The position numbers were made by a program, and so were the translations under genes. Under the pieces are notes generated by a model. It was not told the origin of the DNA, searched no databases, and worked only from the letters and a program-made list of their open reading frames with translations. Shown one piece after another: positions 13,601-26,474 of a stretch of DNA of 64,000 bases. Source of the stretch: Okamejei kenojei (lineage: Eukaryota); assembly GCA_035221665.1 (NCBI GenBank), contig CM069160.1, positions 22,382,001-22,446,000 of the forward strand. The letters are read 5' to 3'. Within the stretch, counting starts at the first letter, position 1; each line of letters begins with the position of its first letter.

Positions 13601-14087
13601 TAAATTCAGGGCCAAAATTTTAAGATGAGCTTTTTTCCTATTATTAAGCCGTAATCAGATTCTTTTGATACACTTTTAATTCCGAGCTACCTTCTGTCAT
13701 TCTGAAAATAATCCATTCTGGCTTTGGTGTCATTTTTATTTTAAACAGTTTTGTGAAGATTTCGAAGATTTCAGTCGAAAACTCTTTTCAATTGTGTTTC
13801 TTGTGCCTCAAGCTCGAGCTCAAGATCAAGCATGGCCTTGGTTGCTGCCAGCAGTCTCTCATTTCCATCGGTCCTTTTGTGCCTCAACCTGTGCTTAACC
13901 TTCAGGATGGCAACCCGTACTAAGCGAGCAGCCTCTTCTGCCTGAGCTTTGTGAGCAGTGGCCTTTGAAGATGCACATGATGAAGAACTAGATTTGTGAT
14001 TTGATCTTCATCTTGAGACATTTTAAATACTGTCTTCGGGTCCAATTTCTGACTCCACAACACTCTATTCTAAGGCATCTTCAACTA

Positions 14088-15724
14088 CAGTGGCTTGCAA
14101 AAGTATTCATACCCCTTGAACTTTTCCACATTTTGTCACGTTACAACCACAAACGTAAATGTATTTTATTGGGTTTTTATGTGATAGACCAACACAAAGT
14201 GGCGCATAATTGTGAAGTGGAAGGAAAATGATACGTGGTTTTCAAATTTTTTTACAAATAAAAAACTGAAAAGTGTGGTGTGCAAAAGTATTCAGCCCCC
14301 TTTACTCTGATATCCCTAAATAAAATCCAGTGCAACCAATTGCTTTCAGAAGTCACCTAATTAGTAAATAGAGTCCACTTGTGCGTAATCTAATCTCAGT
14401 ATAAATACAGCTGTTCATGTGAAGGCCTCAGAGGTTTGTTAGAGAACATTAGTGAAAAAACAATGTTCCTTGGGCATCATGAAGCCCAACGAACAGACCA
14501 GACAGGTCAGGGATAAAGTTGTGGAGAAGTTTAAAGCAGGGTTAGGTTATAAAAAAATATCCCAAGCTTTGAACATCTCACGGAGCACTGTTCAATCCAT
14601 CATCCGAAAATGGAAAAAGTATGGCACAACTGCAAACCTACCAAGACATGGCCGTCCACCTAAACTGACAGGCCGGTCAAGGAGAGCATTGATCAGAGAA
14701 GCAGCCAAGAGCAGCCAAGAGGCTCCCCCAACTCTGGAGGAGCTGCAGAGATCCACAGCTCAGGTGGGAGAATCTGTCCACAGGACAACTATTAGTCGTG
14801 CACTCCACAAATCGGGCCTTTATGGAAGAGTGGCAAAAAGAAAGCCATTGTTGAAACAAAGCCATAAGAAGTCCCATTTGTAGTTTGCACAAGCCATGTG
14901 GGGGACAGAGCAAACATGTGGAGGAAGGTGCTCTGGTCTGAGGAGACCAAAATTGAAGTTTTTGGCCTAAATGCAAAACGCTACGTGTGGCAGAAAACTA
15001 ACACTGCACATCACCCTGAACACACCTTCCCCACTGTGAAACATGGTGGTGGCAGCATCATGCTGTGGGGATGCTTTTCTTCAGCAGGGACAGGGAAGCT
15101 GGTCAGAGTTGATGGGAAGATGGATGGAGCCAAATACAGGGCAATCTTGGAAGAAAACCTGTTAGAGTCTGCAAAAGACTTGAGACTGGGGCAGAGGTTC
15201 ACCTTCCAGCAGGACAACGACCCTAAACATACAGTCAGAGCCACAATGGAATGGTTTAGATCAAAGCATATTCATGAGTTAGAATCGCCCAGTCAAAGTC
15301 CAGACCTAAATCCAATTGAGAATCTCTGGAAAGACTTGAAAATTGCTGTTCACAGATGCTCTCTGTCCAATCGGACTGAGCTTGAGCTATTTTGCAAAGA
15401 AGAATGGGCAAAAATTTCAGTCTCTAGATGTGCAAAGCTGGTCGAGACTTACCGCAAAAGACTTGCAGCTGTAATTGCAGGGAAAGGTGGTTCTACAAAG
15501 TATTGACTCAGGGGTGTGCAATACTTTTGCACACCACACTTTTCAGTTTTTTATTTGTAATACAATTTGGAAACCATGTATCATTTTCCTTCCACTTCAC
15601 AATTATGCACCACTTTGTGTTGGTCTATCACATGAAATCCCAATAAAATACATTTACGTTTGTGGTTGTAACGTGACAAAATGTGGAAAAGCTCAAGGGG
15701 TATGAATACTTTTGCAAGCCACTG
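14088..15724 (+). mobile_element. Tc1/mariner DNA transposon, IR/DR type, copy 1
   Basis: TA duplications at 14086-87 and 15725-26. About 210-bp terminal inverted repeats starting CAGTGGCTTGCAAAAGTATTCATACCCC with an inner direct repeat tgcaaaagtattcagcccc. Confidence 0.97.
14479..15506 (+). pseudogene. Tc1 DD34E transposase, disrupted
   Basis: HTH/GRPPKL, WSEET (catalytic D changed to E), QQDNDPKH, SPDLNPIEN. Stop and frameshift at about 14881-14897. Confidence 0.92.
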
Positions 15725-16291
15725 TATAGAGTGTGTCGTTTGCTGTCCAACTTCAGATAACCATCTCTCCACATCTTGTATAAAACCACTAAAACAATCC
15801 ATTCTTACTTTAAACTAGGGCTTCTGAAGCTCTATTTCAGGCAGCGGTACTTTCACCAATGACCCGTGGTTTTATCTGACTTCATTGCAGAGCTTGATTA
15901 ATTGAACCAGCTTAGATTGTACTTCCTTCACATTCTCATCTGATTTCATGAGTTCCCTCAGCTTTTCAATTAAGTTGTAGCTTCTTTACATACCATGTTA
16001 CTTGACTTCTGACATCTTTGCATGAACAATACCTGGCCTTTGTCGGTGAGTTTAATGGTTCTTTCTTTTCCAGAATCCTGTTCCACATCTCCCTCTTGTG
16101 GCTGAACTGTAGGCATTCTGGCTCACTATCCCTTTAAGATGTGTTGACGTAATGTCGTATGCTTCCAGATTGGAATTCAAAAACAACAGAGCGGGAATTC
16201 AAATCAACAGATACCATCGAGATTCTCAAGATCTGTGTGCCTTTAAGAAAGCTGCCGGAAGCTGTAGATTTGGCGAGCTTCAAGATGAATT

Positions 16292-16780
16292 TAGAAACAT
16301 AGAAACATAGAAACATAGAAAATAGGTGCAGGAGGAGGCCATTCGGCCCTTCGAGCCAGCACCGCCATTCATTGTGATCATGGCTGATCGTCCCCTATCA
16401 ATAACCCGTGCCTACCTTCTCCCCATATACCTTGATTCCACTAGCCCCTAGAGCTCTATCTAACTCTCTCTTAAATCCATTCAGTGATTTGGCCTCCACT
16501 GCCCTCTGTGGCAGGGAATTTCATAAATTCACAACTCTCTGGGTGAAAACGTTTTTTTTCACCTCAGTCTTAAATGACCTCCCCTTTATTCTAAGACTGT
16601 GGCCCCTGGTTCTCGACTCGCCCAACATTGGGTAAAAATTTTCCTGCATCTACCTTTTATAATTTTATATGTTTCTATAAGATCCCCCCTCATCCTTCTA
16701 AACTCCAGTGAATATAAGCCTAGTCTTTTCAATCTTTCCCCATATGACAGTCCCACCATCCCAGGGATCAATCTCGTGAA
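16292..16780 (-). mobile_element. CR1 3' fragment
   Basis: (agaaacat)n tail and ORF2 C-terminus [38 protein letters not shown]. Confidence 0.88.
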
Positions 16781-16784
16781 TTTA

Positions 16785-17505
16785 TTAGAGACAGTGATTA
16801 GTGAATTTATTAGAGACAGATTAGTGTGTGGTCTTATTAACGACAAACTAAGAAGGAAGCTTGTCCATGACCCTGCCATAACTTTGGATAGGGTTGTCGC
16901 TGTCTGCGAAAACTACGAACGGTCTGTTCTTCAAGCCAGAACGCTAACACAAAGCAGAACTTTCCTCCATGTGAGTTGATCGTATCCAGGCTTCGTTTAA
17001 TAGGTGAATGAAGCAAGACATAACAATGCAAGTGCAGTTCAATAAGCCTGGGACAAGATTTATTACAAAGTGCACTAATTGCAATTGCTCTTATTTTGTA
17101 AGGAGGGAGAGTTGTCCCGCTTTTGGCCAAATTTGCCATGGTTGCAAAAGGAGCAAACATTTTTGGAGATTTTGCATATCTGAGCCTTGCAGAGGGATGA
17201 CAACACAATCCGTGAACCTGCTGCAGGCCGAGCCTTTGTCTGATTTATCTGATAGCAGCACCGATGATAAGCCAAAAGTGGATGGCGTGATTCTGCAAAC
17301 ACATTCCATTGCAAGACAAAATATGCAAAATAATGGCCACTGTTAAGGGAAACAACAATGCTATTGAAATGCAGATCGACACTGGAATGAAATGTAAAGT
17401 TTTGTCTCACTGGTTTATCCATGTTGGGAATGCACAGCAATTAAAAACATGATCCTCTCCTCTCGTGGCATATGGTGGTAGCGACCTTAACTCCGTCGGA
17501 CAGCA
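16785..17505 (+). mobile_element. Gypsy/Ty3 (Mag-like) gag-protease relic
   Basis: IRDRLVCGL...LRRKL...TLDRVVAVC, zinc knuckle CPAFGQICHGCKRSKHFWRFC, and protease IEMQIDTG at about 17365-17388. Confidence 0.78.
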
Positions 17506-18745
17506 GGGCTTGAAATTACGGTTCCCCGGGCGCCAATGGCCATCTTAAGTCCCGCCGGGCAACCAAAGCCGTGTCATTTTGCCCTGGCTTGGCAAGCATG
17601 TTCACCTAGCAAGCATAAGTGGAGTATAGCGGTGCCTAACGGCAGCAGCTCGACTGCAGTTCATCTGTCTTTTTTTATTTTTTGTCTCGTTAGATGTATG
17701 TTTTTTGGTTTTAATTTATATTATTGGTTAGCTGTGTATATGTGTGGGTTGGGGGTGGGGGTTGGGGGGATCTGTTTAATCTCTACCCTGCACGGGGAGC
17801 CAACTTTTCCCTGTCGGGTCTCCGGTGTCTTTGGGCAGAACATCGTGGAGCCGGCGGCGGCCTCCAACCGGAACCAACCTGAGGGATCTAGTGGCGAGCC
17901 TGCGGACTCGCCATCGCGGAGCTGGCCGACATCAGAGCTGGGAGAGCTGTGGTGGCGCGCGGCTGCAACCCGACTTCGGAGCTTCGGATGCTCCGACCAC
18001 AGGCCCGATGGACAGGAACATCGGGAGCTCACAGGTCCCTGGTGGGAGACTGCTTTTCGGAGGTCCCGCAATGGCATCTTCTCCCGCCGGAATCGTGGGG
18101 TTTAAATGACTCGGAGCGGGGCATAACATCGCCCGGCGCAGCTTAAACGGCCGCGGGACTTACCATCGCCCGCTGGGAATTTAACATTGTGAGCCCCAGT
18201 CGCCTCGACGCTGCATTTGGACTGCTGGACTGCGGGAGAAGAACAAAGGAAGATATAAGACTTTTGCCATCACAGTGAGGAGGTGTTGGAGATTCACAGT
18301 GATGGATGTTTGTGTAAATTGTGTTAAGTGTGTGTCTTGGTTTTTTTTTGTAATGTCATGACTGCAGGAATGAGATTTTGTTCAAACCTTGTCTGTTTGA
18401 ATGACAATAAAGGCATTCTATTCTATTCCATACTATAAGCCCACCTCGCTGCGTGCAGGATGCTATTACTGTTAAATTCCTGTTACTATGGGGATCATGA
18501 CAGAAGCCTCCTTCCTTGTGGTGATCCCTGGAAGCGACGATGTGATGCACTCTGTGACGCGTTGGGCGTCTTTAAGGTAGACAAAAATGCTGGAGTAACC
18601 AAGCGCGTGAGGCAGCAAGCATCTACGGAGCGAAGGAAATCGGCGACGTTTCGGATCGAGACCCTTCTTCAGACTTTGTTGTTTTTAATGCACGCCTTTA
18701 TTTTGATCATGTATATGTAATATTTGTGAATGTGATTGTTTACTG

Positions 18746-18855
18746 AGTGTGTGTGTGTGTGTTCGTGCATGTGTGCGTGTGTGTGTGTGTGTGTGTGCGT
18801 GTGTGCGTGTGTGTGCGTGTGTGCGTGTGTGTTGTGTGTGTTGTGTGTGTGTGTT
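18746..18855. repeat. (GT)n/(GTGC) microsatellite
   Basis: Directly visible imperfect GT repeat. Confidence 0.95.
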
Positions 18856-20251
18856 TCGTTAATCTGTACTTCTCTGAGGTGGAAACATTAAATATTAGGT
18901 ATTTTTTTATGTTGTATTTTTAATATAATGTATTCATTTAAAAAATAAAGGAATGTTGATGCATGTTATATCCAAGTCAGTTGCATTTATGAGCTCATAC
19001 CATAGTTCAATATATCCTGTAGTGCAAACAGCTGCTGCCAACATTGTATAGGTTATTGTTTTGTTTAGTTGCTAATACACGGCTATACACAACAAAATGG
19101 TCTTATGATTTAGATTTCCTGCAATCTGATGTGTAATCTGAATTGTCACTTACTGTAGTTTTTATTGCCTTTTTCCAAAAACAATTAAAGTTTAATTCCT
19201 GATCAGTTTCCTTACTTTTTTCACATTCTTTTAACAGTTTCAGATTTTGCCTGAATATTTGTCCAAGCAGGAAGGGTCCAATGAATCACTCCTGGTCTGT
19301 CTCAGCATTTTCTTTTCTGCAAGTTTAGTTCAGCAAACAAAACTGTTATTGTTCCGTGCAAAGCAATGGGAGCTGGTCAGGAAACAAAACATTCAGTGAA
19401 ACAAAGTTGACGTCAAACTGTCATTGCAACTCCCATTCTCCCCTCTCCTTAAGTTTTGTCGGGTCTCAACTTTCATTCAAATCATCTGCGAGCCCTTGAT
19501 TCATCTTCTCATTGCCAACCCCCAAGGTACCAACACCATCTTACCTTGGATAGCAATCCTAGACCTAACCCCCAATACCTTTTGTTCGTTTGCTCCCTCT
19601 AGTCCCAGCCTATCTGACACCACATCTTGGCTGCCAACATCATTGTCAAATGGAGTAGTAATTGCCTTACTTGAGGTCCAACTCTTGGTGGGAGATGTTC
19701 CAAAGTCAGGGCAGCCCAAGGGATGAGGCAAAGAAAAGAAATAAACCTTGAGATAAAGAGTGCGAGATGTTTGAAGACACGGACACAAAGACAATAAGTG
19801 CAAAATGAAAAGGTAAAGCAGTTACATGAAGTTGCTAAATGCCTCAATTATGAATGAGGTTTCATATTCCTTTTAAAATGAAGTAAAATGGCTTAATTGA
19901 GGATCTTGTTGGGGAGATTAGGAGAAACGTACCTTCAAGAGGATGCCCTGAAATTGAGATGGACACATTCAGAGGTGCTGGTTGGAAACATTGATTCCAC
20001 AGGTAGGGTATAATAACCCAAAGCATTTCTTCACCAGAACAGTAGTTGAGAATTGATAACGGAAAGAGAAGTGTGTAAATCCAAGGTAGGTTGAGATTTA
20101 TTAGATGGCGAGCAAAATGTTGGTAGGACCCGTGTCTACTCCAGTTCAGTCTGTTTCCTAATGTTTGTCTTTTTCTCAATTTAACATTATCTGTAAATAT
20201 TCCATGCCACATTAGGGTTCTTGTAGCCTAATTAACACCTACTGGTAATCA

Positions 20252-20473
20252 AAAATGCTGGAGACTCTCAGCGGGTGACAAGGCAGCATCCATGGAGCGA
20301 AGGAAATAGGCAGCTTTTCGGGTCGAGACCCTCATTCAGATGTCGGAAGAAGGGCCTTGACCCGAAACGTGGCCTATTTCCTTCACCCAATAGATGCTGC
20401 CTCAGTCACCCGCTGGGTTTCTCTAGCATTTTTGTCTACCCTCGATTTTCCAGCATCCGCAGTTCCTTCTTAA
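20252..20473. mobile_element. ORF-less inverted-pair Penelope pLTR insertion
   Basis: Two pLTR arms in inverted orientation, flanked by the direct repeat acctactggtaatca (20237-20251 and 20474-20488). Confidence 0.8.
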
Positions 20474-20874
20474 ACCTACTGGTAATCAGCTCACTGTTAA
20501 ACGTGATTCCATGAATCGCACTTAGAGATAAATACTCATTATCAATGTGTACAGTAAAGTACCTTAGATATATTTACAAAAATATATGTATAAATGTAGA
20601 AACGCATGATAGTTTATTTAAACAGGAATTAACTCCAAATGCCCCACAAGTAACCTTACTCTATTTACATGAGTAACCAGCCAGCTTTCTCATTCTTTGG
20701 TGTGAGGATTTAAATAATGATGTAAAATAAAAACTACTTCTAGTGGAAAAGTACAACGGACAAGCGAAGTACGGTAGATGTGAATAATCAGAAATTTAAA
20801 AAATTGCACTCAGCGGGTCAGGCAGTTGGTGAAATAACCCAATTAACATTTAAGGGTGCTGATCTTACTTGGGA

Positions 20875-23800
20875 TTGAACATGTGGGTTTACACTAAATA
20901 GTGGGGGGAAGGGAGTGACAATTTGTGAGTTGAAGGGGAAGTGGCTACAGGAAAAATTACAAAAGATTCTCGAATTAATGAGAAGGATAGCTCGAGAAGG
21001 GACAACAGAGTAAATTCAGGGCCAAGTGCGAGGGGGGAAGTGAATACGGAGGTCAAAGTGCTGCATATGAATGCTCAAAGTATAAGGAATAAAGTGGATG
21101 AGCTTGAGGCTCATTTAGAAACTGGCAAGTATGATTTTGTGGGAATTACTGAGACATGGCTGCAATAGGGCCAGGGCTGGGAACTGAATATTCAAGGTTA
21201 TACCTCCTATCGAAAAGACAGACAGGTGGACAGACGGTGTGGGGTTGCTCTGTTAGTGAGGAATTAATTCAGTCCCTTGCAAGCGGCGACATTGAAACAA
21301 GAGATGTGGAGTCAGTATGGATGGAACTAAGGAATTGTAAGGGTAAAAAGACCCTAATGGGACTAACCTACAGGCCCCCAAACAGTAGCCTGGACATAGG
21401 GCGCAAGTTGAATCAGGAATTAAAAATGGCATGTAGCAAAAGTAATGCTTTGGTAGTAATGGGAGATTTCAACATGCAAATAGACTGGGAAGATCAGGTT
21501 GGCACTGGACCCCAAGAAAGTGACTTTGTAGAGTGCCTTTGTGATTGATTCTGTGAACAGCTTGTATTGGAGCCTGCCAGTGAGAAGGCAATTCTGGATT
21601 TAGTGTTATGTAATGAACCGGATTTGATAAAGGACCTCGAGGTTAATGAACCATTAAGACGTAGTGACCATAACATGGTCAGTTTTAATCTACAATTGGA
21701 GAGGGAGAAGGGTAGATTGGAGGTGTCAGTGTTACAGTTGAATAAAGGGAACTATGGGGCCATGAGGGAGCTGGCCAAAGTTGACTGGAAAGATACACTA
21801 GCAGAGATGACAGTGGAACAAAAATGGCAGGTATTTCTAGGAATAATACAGAAGGTGCAGGATTAGTTCATTTCAAGGAGGAAGAAAGAGTCCAAGGGGA
21901 GTAAGGGGCGACTATGGCTGACAAGGAACATCAGGGACAGTATAAAAATTAAAGCGAAGAAGTATAACGTAGCAAAGATGAGTGGGAAGCAAGATGATTG
22001 GGTAATGTTTAAAGAACAACAGAAGATAATTAAAAAGACAATACGGGGAGAAAAGATAAGCTAGCCAAGACTATAAAGCAGGATAGTAAAAGCTTCTTTA
22101 GTTATGTGAAGAGGAAAAAATTAGTTGAGACCAAAGTTGGACCCTTGAAGACCGAAAAAGGTGAATTTATTATGGGAAACAAGGAAATGGCAGATGAGTT
22201 GAACAGGTACTTTGGATCTGTCTTTAATAAGGAGGACACAAAAAATCTTCCTGATATAGTAGTGGCCAGAGATCTGGGGTGACGGAGGAATTGAAGGAAA
22301 TCCACATTAGACAGGAAATGGTGTTGGATAGACTGATGGGACTGAAGGCTGATAAATCCCCAGGGCCTGATGGTCTGCATCCCAGGGTACTTAAGGAAGT
22401 GGCTCTGGAAATCGTGGATGCATTGGTGATACTTTCCAAAGTTCTGTAGACTCAGGATCAGTTCCTGTGGATTGGAGAGTAGTCTAATGTTATCCCACTT
22501 TATAAGAAAGGCAGGAGATAGAAAACAGGGAATTATAGACCAGTTAGCCTGACATCGCTGGTGGGAAAGATGCTGGAGTCAATTATAAATGATGAAATAG
22601 CTACACATTTGGATAGCTGTAACAGGATCGGTCCGAGCCAGCATGGATTTACAAAGGGGAAATCATTTTTGACTAATCTTCTGGAATTTTTTGAAGATGT
22701 AACTAGGAAAATGGACAAGGGAGAGTCAGTGGATGTAATGTACCTGGACTTTCAGAAAGCATTTGATAAGGTCCCACATAGGAGAATAGTGCGCAAAATT
22801 AGGGCACATGGTATTGGGGGTAGAGTGCTGACATGGATAGAGAATTGGTTGGCAGACAGGAAACAAAGAGTAGGCGATTAACGGGTCCCTTTCAGAATGG
22901 CAGGCAATGGCTAGTGGGGTACCGCAAGACTCGGTGCTGGGACCGCAGCTATTTACAATATACATCAATGATTTGGATGAAGGGATTCAAAGTAACATTG
23001 GCAAATTTGCAGATGGGTGGCAGTGTGAACTGTGAGGAGGATGCTATGAGAATGCAGGGTGACTTGGACGTGTTGGAGGAGTGGGCAGATGCATGGCAGA
23101 TGAAGTTTAATGTGGATAAATGTGAGGCTATCCACTTTGGTAGCAAAAACACGTAGGCAGATTACAATCTAAATGGCGTCAAGTTAGGAAAAGGGGAGGT
23201 ACAACGGGATCTGGGGGTCCTTGTTCATCATGTATGAAAGTAAGCATACAGGTACAGCAGGCAGTGAAGAAAGCGAATGGCCAGTTGGCCTTTATAACAA
23301 AAGCAATCGAATATAGGAGCAAAGAGGTCCTTCTGCAGTTGTACAGAGCCCTAGCGAGACCACACCTGGAGATTTGTGTGCAGTTTTAGTCCCCAAATTT
23401 GAGGAAGGACATTCTTGCTATTGAGGGAGTGCAGCGTAGGTTTACAAGGTTAATTCCCGGGATGGTGGGACTGTCATATGCTGAGCGAATGGAGCGGCTG
23501 GGCTTGTACGCTCTGGAGTTTAGAAGGATGAGAGGTGTTTTAATTGAAACATATAAGATTGGTAAGGGTTTGGACACACTAGAGGCAGGAAACATGTTCC
23601 AGATGTTGGGGGAGTTCAGAACCAGGGGCCACAGTTTAAGAATAAGTAGTAAGCCATTTAGAATGGAGACAAGGAAACACTTTTTCTCAAAGAGAGTTGT
23701 GAGTGTGGAATTCTATGCATCAGAGGTGGAGGCAGGTTCTCTGGATGCTTTCAAGAGAGAGCTAGATTGGGCTGTTAAAAATAGCAGTGTCAGGCGATAT

Positions 23801-23912
23801 GGGAAGAAGGCAGGACTGGGGCACTGATTGGGGATGATCAGCCATGATCACATTGAATGGCGGTGCTGGCTCGAAGGGCCGAATGGCCTACTCCTGCACC
23901 TATTGTCTATTG
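20875..23912 (+). mobile_element. CR1 LINE with nearly complete, decayed ORF2 (APE endonuclease plus RT) and 3' UTR
   Basis: MNAQSIRNK, GITETWL, YRPPN, GDFN, SDHN, KSPGPDGLHP, YRPVSLTS, QHGF, YLDFQKAFDKVPH, DKCE, RRMRG motifs in order, then (tattgtc)n tail. Confidence 0.93.
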
Positions 23913-24282
23913 ACTCCAAGAGGAAGATTATATGCATCTCTGCTGAGGCATAGGCACCTGTTTGCAATCAGGAGTAATGCACCTACTCACAATTGGCTGC
24001 TTTCAAACATTGTTTATACTAGTTTTGCACGAGACCCACTCAATGTTGTTTCCAAACTGTTCCCAGGAGTATTGCCACAGTCGGTATATTCTTGTTTGCA
24101 AACATAATTCCAGGAGTACAATCCCTGTTATTGTTACTTCCAACTCCTGGGGTATTGCTAAAAACAATCATAAACATTGACGTTTACAATGCCTTTCCCC
24201 ACTAGTGATTTGATAGACAGGTGTTTTCAAGGCCTCTTCCCAGCAGGAATATGAAATATGAGCATTACTTTGCTTTAAGGCC

Positions 24283-24680
24283 GTCTTAACCAAGGTGATC
24301 TCCCGGTGGCCCAGCACTTGAACTTCCCCTCCCATTCCCAATCTGACCTTTTTGTCCTGGGCCTCCTCCATTGACAGAGTGAGGCCCAGCGCAAATTGGA
24401 GGAACAGCACCTCATATTTTGCATGGGTAGTTTCCACCCCAGCAGGATAAACATTGACTTCCCTAACTTCAGGTCGCACTTGCTCTCTATTTTCATTGCC
24501 CCCCCCCCCACTTCCCAGTGCTCCCAATAGTCCTCCTATCTCCACCTACATTCTTCTTTTGACCTACCCCCTCCCCTGAAATCATTCTGAAGAAGCGTCT
24601 TGACCCGAAACGTCGCCAATTCCTTCTTTCCATAGAAGCTACCTCATGCACTGAGTTTCTCCAGCATTTTGTGTCTACCA
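24283..24680 (+). mobile_element. Penelope-like 3' end plus pLTR with hammerhead core (24587-24614)
   Basis: PVAQHL...LGLLH...KLEEQHLIF C-terminus, then ctgaaga-a-gcgtcttgaccc-gaaa-cg-tc. Confidence 0.82.
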
Positions 24681-24692
24681 GGCATTCAGATA

Positions 24693-26388
24693 CAGTGGCT
24701 TGCAAAAGTATTCATACCCCTTGAACTTTTCCACATATTGTCACGTTACAGTCACAAACGTAAATGTATTTTATTGCGATTTAATGTGATAGACCAACAC
24801 AAAGTGGTGCATAATTTTGAAGTGGAAGGAAAATGATACATGATTTCCAAATTTTATTTCAAATAAAAAACTGAAAAGTGTGGCGTGCAAAAGTATTCAG
24901 CCCCCTGAATCAATACTTTGTAGAACCACCTTTCACTGCAATTACAGCTGCAAGTCTTTTTGGTATGCCTCTACCAGCTTTGCACATCTAGAGACTGACA
25001 TTTTTGCCCATTCTCCTTTGCAAAATAGCTCAAGCTCAGTCAGATTGGATGGAGAGCGTCTGTGAACAACAATTTTCAAGTCTTGCCAGAGATTCGCAAT
25101 TGGATTTAGGTCTGGACTTTGACTGGGCCATTCTAACACATGAATATGCTTTGATCTAAACCATTCCATTGTAGCTCTGGCTCTTGCTGGAAGGTGAACC
25201 TCCGCCCCAGCCTCAAGTCTATTGCAGACTCTAATAGGTTTTCTTCCAAGATTGCCCTGTATTTGGCTCCATCCATCTTCCTATCAACTCTGACCACCTG
25301 CTGAAGAAAAGCATCCCCACAGCATGATGTTGCCACCACCAGGTTTCTCAGTGGGGATGGTGCGTTCAGGGTGATGTGCACTGTTAGTTTTCCGCCACAC
25401 ATAGCGTTTTGCATTTAGGCCAAAAACTTCAATTTTGGTCTCATCAGACCAGAGCACCTTCATCCACATGTTTGCTGTGTCCCCCACATGGCTTGTGGCA
25501 AACTGCAAATGGGACTTCTTATGGCTTTGTTTCAACAATGGCTTTCTTCTTGCCACTCTTCCATAACGGCTCGATTTGTGGAGTGCACGACTAACAGCTG
25601 CAGATTCTCCCACCTGAGCTGTGGATCTCTGTAGCTCCTCCAGAGTGACCATGGGCCTCTTGTCTACTTCTCTGATCAATGCTCTCCTTGTCCGGCCTGT
25701 TAGTTTAGGTGGACGGCCATGTCTTCGTAGGTTTGCAGTTGTGCCATACTCTTTCCATTTTCGGATGATGGATTGAACAGTGCTCTGGGAGATGTTCAAA
25801 GCTTGGGATATTTTTTTAGAACCTAACCTTGCTTTAAACTTCTCCACAACTTTATCCCTGACCTGTCTGGTGTGTTCCTTGGGCTTCATGATGCCCAAGG
25901 AACATTGTTTGTTCACTAATGTTCTCTAATAAACCTCTGAGGCCTTCACAGAACAGCTGTATTTATACTAAGATTAGATTACACACAAGTGGACTCTATT
26001 TACTAATTAGGTGACTTCTAAAGGCAATTGGTTGCACTGGATTTTATTTAGGGGTATCAGAGTGAAGAGGGCTGAATACCTTTGCATGCCACACTTTTGC
26101 GATTTAATGTGATAGACCAACACAAAGTGGTGCATAATTGTGAAGTGGAAGGAAAATTATACATGATTTCCAAATTTTATTTCAAATAAAAAACTGAAAA
26201 GTGTGGCGTGCAAAATTATTGCACGCCACATGTATTATTTTGTATCAAGTATTGCGCGCCACCATGTATCATTTTCCTGCCACTTCACAATTATGTGCCA
26301 CTTTGTGTTGGTCTATCACATAAAATCCTAATAAAATGCATGTAGTACGTTTGTGGTTGTAACGTGACAAAATGTGGAAAAGCCACTG
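24693..26388 (-). mobile_element. Tc1 IR/DR transposon copy 2, with internal deletions and a rearranged TIR
   Basis: TA duplications at 24691-92 and 26389-90. Transposase ORFs 25284-25916 (WSDET) and 24942-25169 (SPDLNPIAN) on minus. Confidence 0.95.
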
Positions 26389-26474
26389 TACATCACAGCT
26401 AATTTAAGAAACCTAATTTTCATTACTTTGCTGAGTCCCCACAGATGTTTACTCCCCCAACTTATCATGAATCA

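Larger units (their letters stand above)
11170..16130 (-). mobile_element. BEL/Pao LTR-retrotransposon relic (gag N-terminus, protease region, RT, integrase C-terminus), interrupted by Tc1 and a templated insertion
   Basis: Minus-strand motifs: [30 protein letters not shown] (about 11380-11475), EPWELVNSQGDGPFAMRTLLGWAINGP (12690-12767), SSKATAHKAQAEEAARL (about 13920-13985), ERTIKLTDKG (about 16035-16065). Confidence 0.8.

Noticed and set aside
14452-15506. Active or domesticated Tc1 transposase
   Set aside because: All three copies have stops or frameshifts. Copy 1 has the first catalytic D changed to E, copy 2 has E changed to A and lacks the DND region, and copy 3 has D changed to Y/N.
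17536-18146. Overlapping GC-rich ORFs (also 27025-27457, 31887-32403, 61588-62025)
   Set aside because: Stop-poor GC-rich interiors of non-autonomous repeats and MITEs; no recognisable domains.
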